From: a virus
Taxonomy: Duplodnaviria > Caudoviricetes
Reading direction: 5' to 3' (one strand)
Virus record (IMG/VR): IMGVR_UViG_3300028601_000026
Span: 1 to 64,000 of that record
Length of the DNA stretch: 64,000 nucleotides
Part shown: positions 62,626 through 64,000 of the stretch, piece by piece
How positions within the stretch are numbered: the stretch's first letter is position 1
Layout: each line of letters starts with the position of its first letter
The notes under the pieces: model-generated
What the model was told of the DNA's origin: nothing
Seen by the model: the letters and a program-made list of their open reading frames with translations, nothing else
Database searches by the model: none
Translations under genes and position numbers: made by a program

Positions 62626-62937
62626 TTAGAATTTTATATTATTTTTCGCTACTTTGCAATATCTGGTACTGAAAGTTATCCAAAAAAAAATATGACAGGC
62701 CGGGCAAACCAGTACCAAAGTTTCCTGTGCCAGGGCTTTTTGCTTAGGGGACGCTCCCGGGCGTGTCAGCAGCAGAGAAACCTCATGCTCAGTGCCCTCC
62801 ATGAGTGTGCCGCAGTTCGGGCACGTCACCACTTTTTCTGCTTCCCTCATCAGACAATCGAAGCATAAAAACCCGTTGTGCGTTTTCATAGCTTTATCCC
62901 CAAGTGTCAATACTCGGTTACATTTACAGCATTTCAC
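62626..62937 (-). CDS. Small multi-Cys Zn-binding protein
   Basis: CCKC, CFDC, CPNC, CPAC. Confidence 0.55.
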   Translation of the reverse strand: MKCCKCNRVLTLGDKAMKTHNGFLCFDCLMREAEKVVTCPNCGTLMEGTEHEVSLLLTRPGASPKQKALAQETLVLVCPACHIFFWITFSTRYCKVAKNNIKF

Positions 62938-62986
62938 CGGGCCTCACTTTGCCTCTTACCAAGGCGCCCCTTTGGGGTCTTCATAA

Positions 62987-63991
62987 TTAGCGTTTTCCAC
63001 GGCACAAGTCCCAATAGCCGCACCATTGCGGATTACAGCACCAGGCCTCCGGGTCACAGCGAGGAAAAATCCCTGCGGAGATCTGCTTCGCCGCGTCCTC
63101 GACAATGTTCTCCACATGAGTAAATTCCCCCGGATCGAATCGATGCCGGAGTATACGTACGTTGCTCCCTACATCCTGTACCGGAGCCAGCAGATCAGGC
63201 AGAGCCTCCTGCCCCTCCTCAAGCTCCACTACCTTTTTCCGAGCTGCTCTGGGTTTTCTGGGTTTTTCCGAAGAGGAATCCTTTTTCGCAGAGCCCTTTA
63301 CCAGGTTGTGGATCTCCACATTCAAAATCCCGGAACCCATGGAGTACAGATAAAACTGAAGGGAATTCTGCAGTTTCGTGGAGGCCCACTTCTTACCGGT
63401 AAATTTGTGGTCTCCCATGTGAAGCCCACCGTAGTCCAGAACATGCTCAGCCGTCATTTCTATGGCATAGGGTTTTCTGAGCAAGTCAATAAAGCCTAAC
63501 ACAGGAACCCCACATTTGGAAAGAAAATTCAACCGAACCTCTACTTCTTTTGGTTCGATAAACTGAGCAACTCCGGGTATATAGGAAGTTAGCAATTTAT
63601 CGAGAGTTTGTGCTGTTTCGTCTCGCTCACTGACACTTACGGGTACATCCAGTTCCAAAATTTTCTCGTCATGGATGACCATCGCCAGATCTAATAGCTG
63701 CTTCTCATTAAGCAAGGGGGCTTTGCGAATCTTGTCCCCATAATACTGCTCGAAAGCTGCATGTCCCGAAATGCCGATAACAGCTGCGTACCCGGGAGGC
63801 CGCCGAATTCCGAGAATGTACCGAAGGTAGTACTGATAGGCGCAGCGCTGCAGCATCCCTATCTGGGAAGGTGACAAGTACCCTTGAGGCAGGGTGTAAG
63901 GACTTTTGTTTTCCAGAAGTCCGTCCTTGTCCCTCTCTCCCGAAGCCCCTAGAGCCTCGGGAGAAGGCGTCTCCGTACTCAGTTCTTCCAA
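62987..63991 (-). CDS. Second PD-(D/E)XK Cas4-like nuclease
   Basis: LSPSQI...RCAYQY...GFIDLL...DHKFT...LQFYLY...CCNPQWCGYWDLC. Confidence 0.75.
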   Translation of the reverse strand: MEELSTETPSPEALGASGERDKDGLLENKSPYTLPQGYLSPSQIGMLQRCAYQYYLRYILGIRRPPGYAAVIGISGHAAFEQYYGDKIRKAPLLNEKQLLDLAMVIHDEKILELDVPVSVSERDETAQTLDKLLTSYIPGVAQFIEPKEVEVRLNFLSKCGVPVLGFIDLLRKPYAIEMTAEHVLDYGGLHMGDHKFTGKKWASTKLQNSLQFYLYSMGSGILNVEIHNLVKGSAKKDSSSEKPRKPRAARKKVVELEEGQEALPDLLAPVQDVGSNVRILRHRFDPGEFTHVENIVEDAAKQISAGIFPRCDPEAWCCNPQWCGYWDLCRGKR

Positions 63992-64000
63992 GGGAGCTTT

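Noticed and set aside
1-64000. Stop-codon reassignment
   Set aside because: Genes are full length and tightly packed under the standard code, using TAA, TAG and TGA as stops.
1-64000. tRNA or rRNA genes
   Set aside because: No cloverleaf with T-loop and CCA end was found outside coding regions.

Overview
The window is a 64-kb segment of a large, tailed, myovirus-type dsDNA bacteriophage genome, with no host genes, tRNAs or CRISPR array seen. Positions 1-44.3 kb (+) form a virion module: head/internal proteins, a prohead protease, scaffold, HK97-type major capsid protein, neck, contractile sheath and tube, spike, tail chaperones with a -1 frameshift signal, tape measure, baseplate (with an M15 peptidase fusion and an embedded sigma-factor gene) and several tail fibres. 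Positions 44.4-48.0 kb (-) hold RuvC, a Zn-ribbon gene and a self-contained two-gene cassette encoding a retron-type reverse transcriptase with a YCDN motif plus an unknown partner. Positions 48.2-51.5 kb (+) end in the large terminase. Positions 52.2-64 kb (-) form a replication module: Sm-like protein, UDG-like/PolA fusion, primase-helicase, two Cas4-like nucleases, HU, SSB and a second sigma factor. The most unusual signals are: (1) a ~600-nt, densely base-paired non-coding region after the terminase, facing an Sm/Hfq-like gene; (2) the atypical RT-partner cassette; (3) a K-x-A tripeptide strongly enriched in head-associated proteins, a candidate protease or capsid-targeting code. All functional calls come from motif recognition by eye; no searches or folding programs were run.
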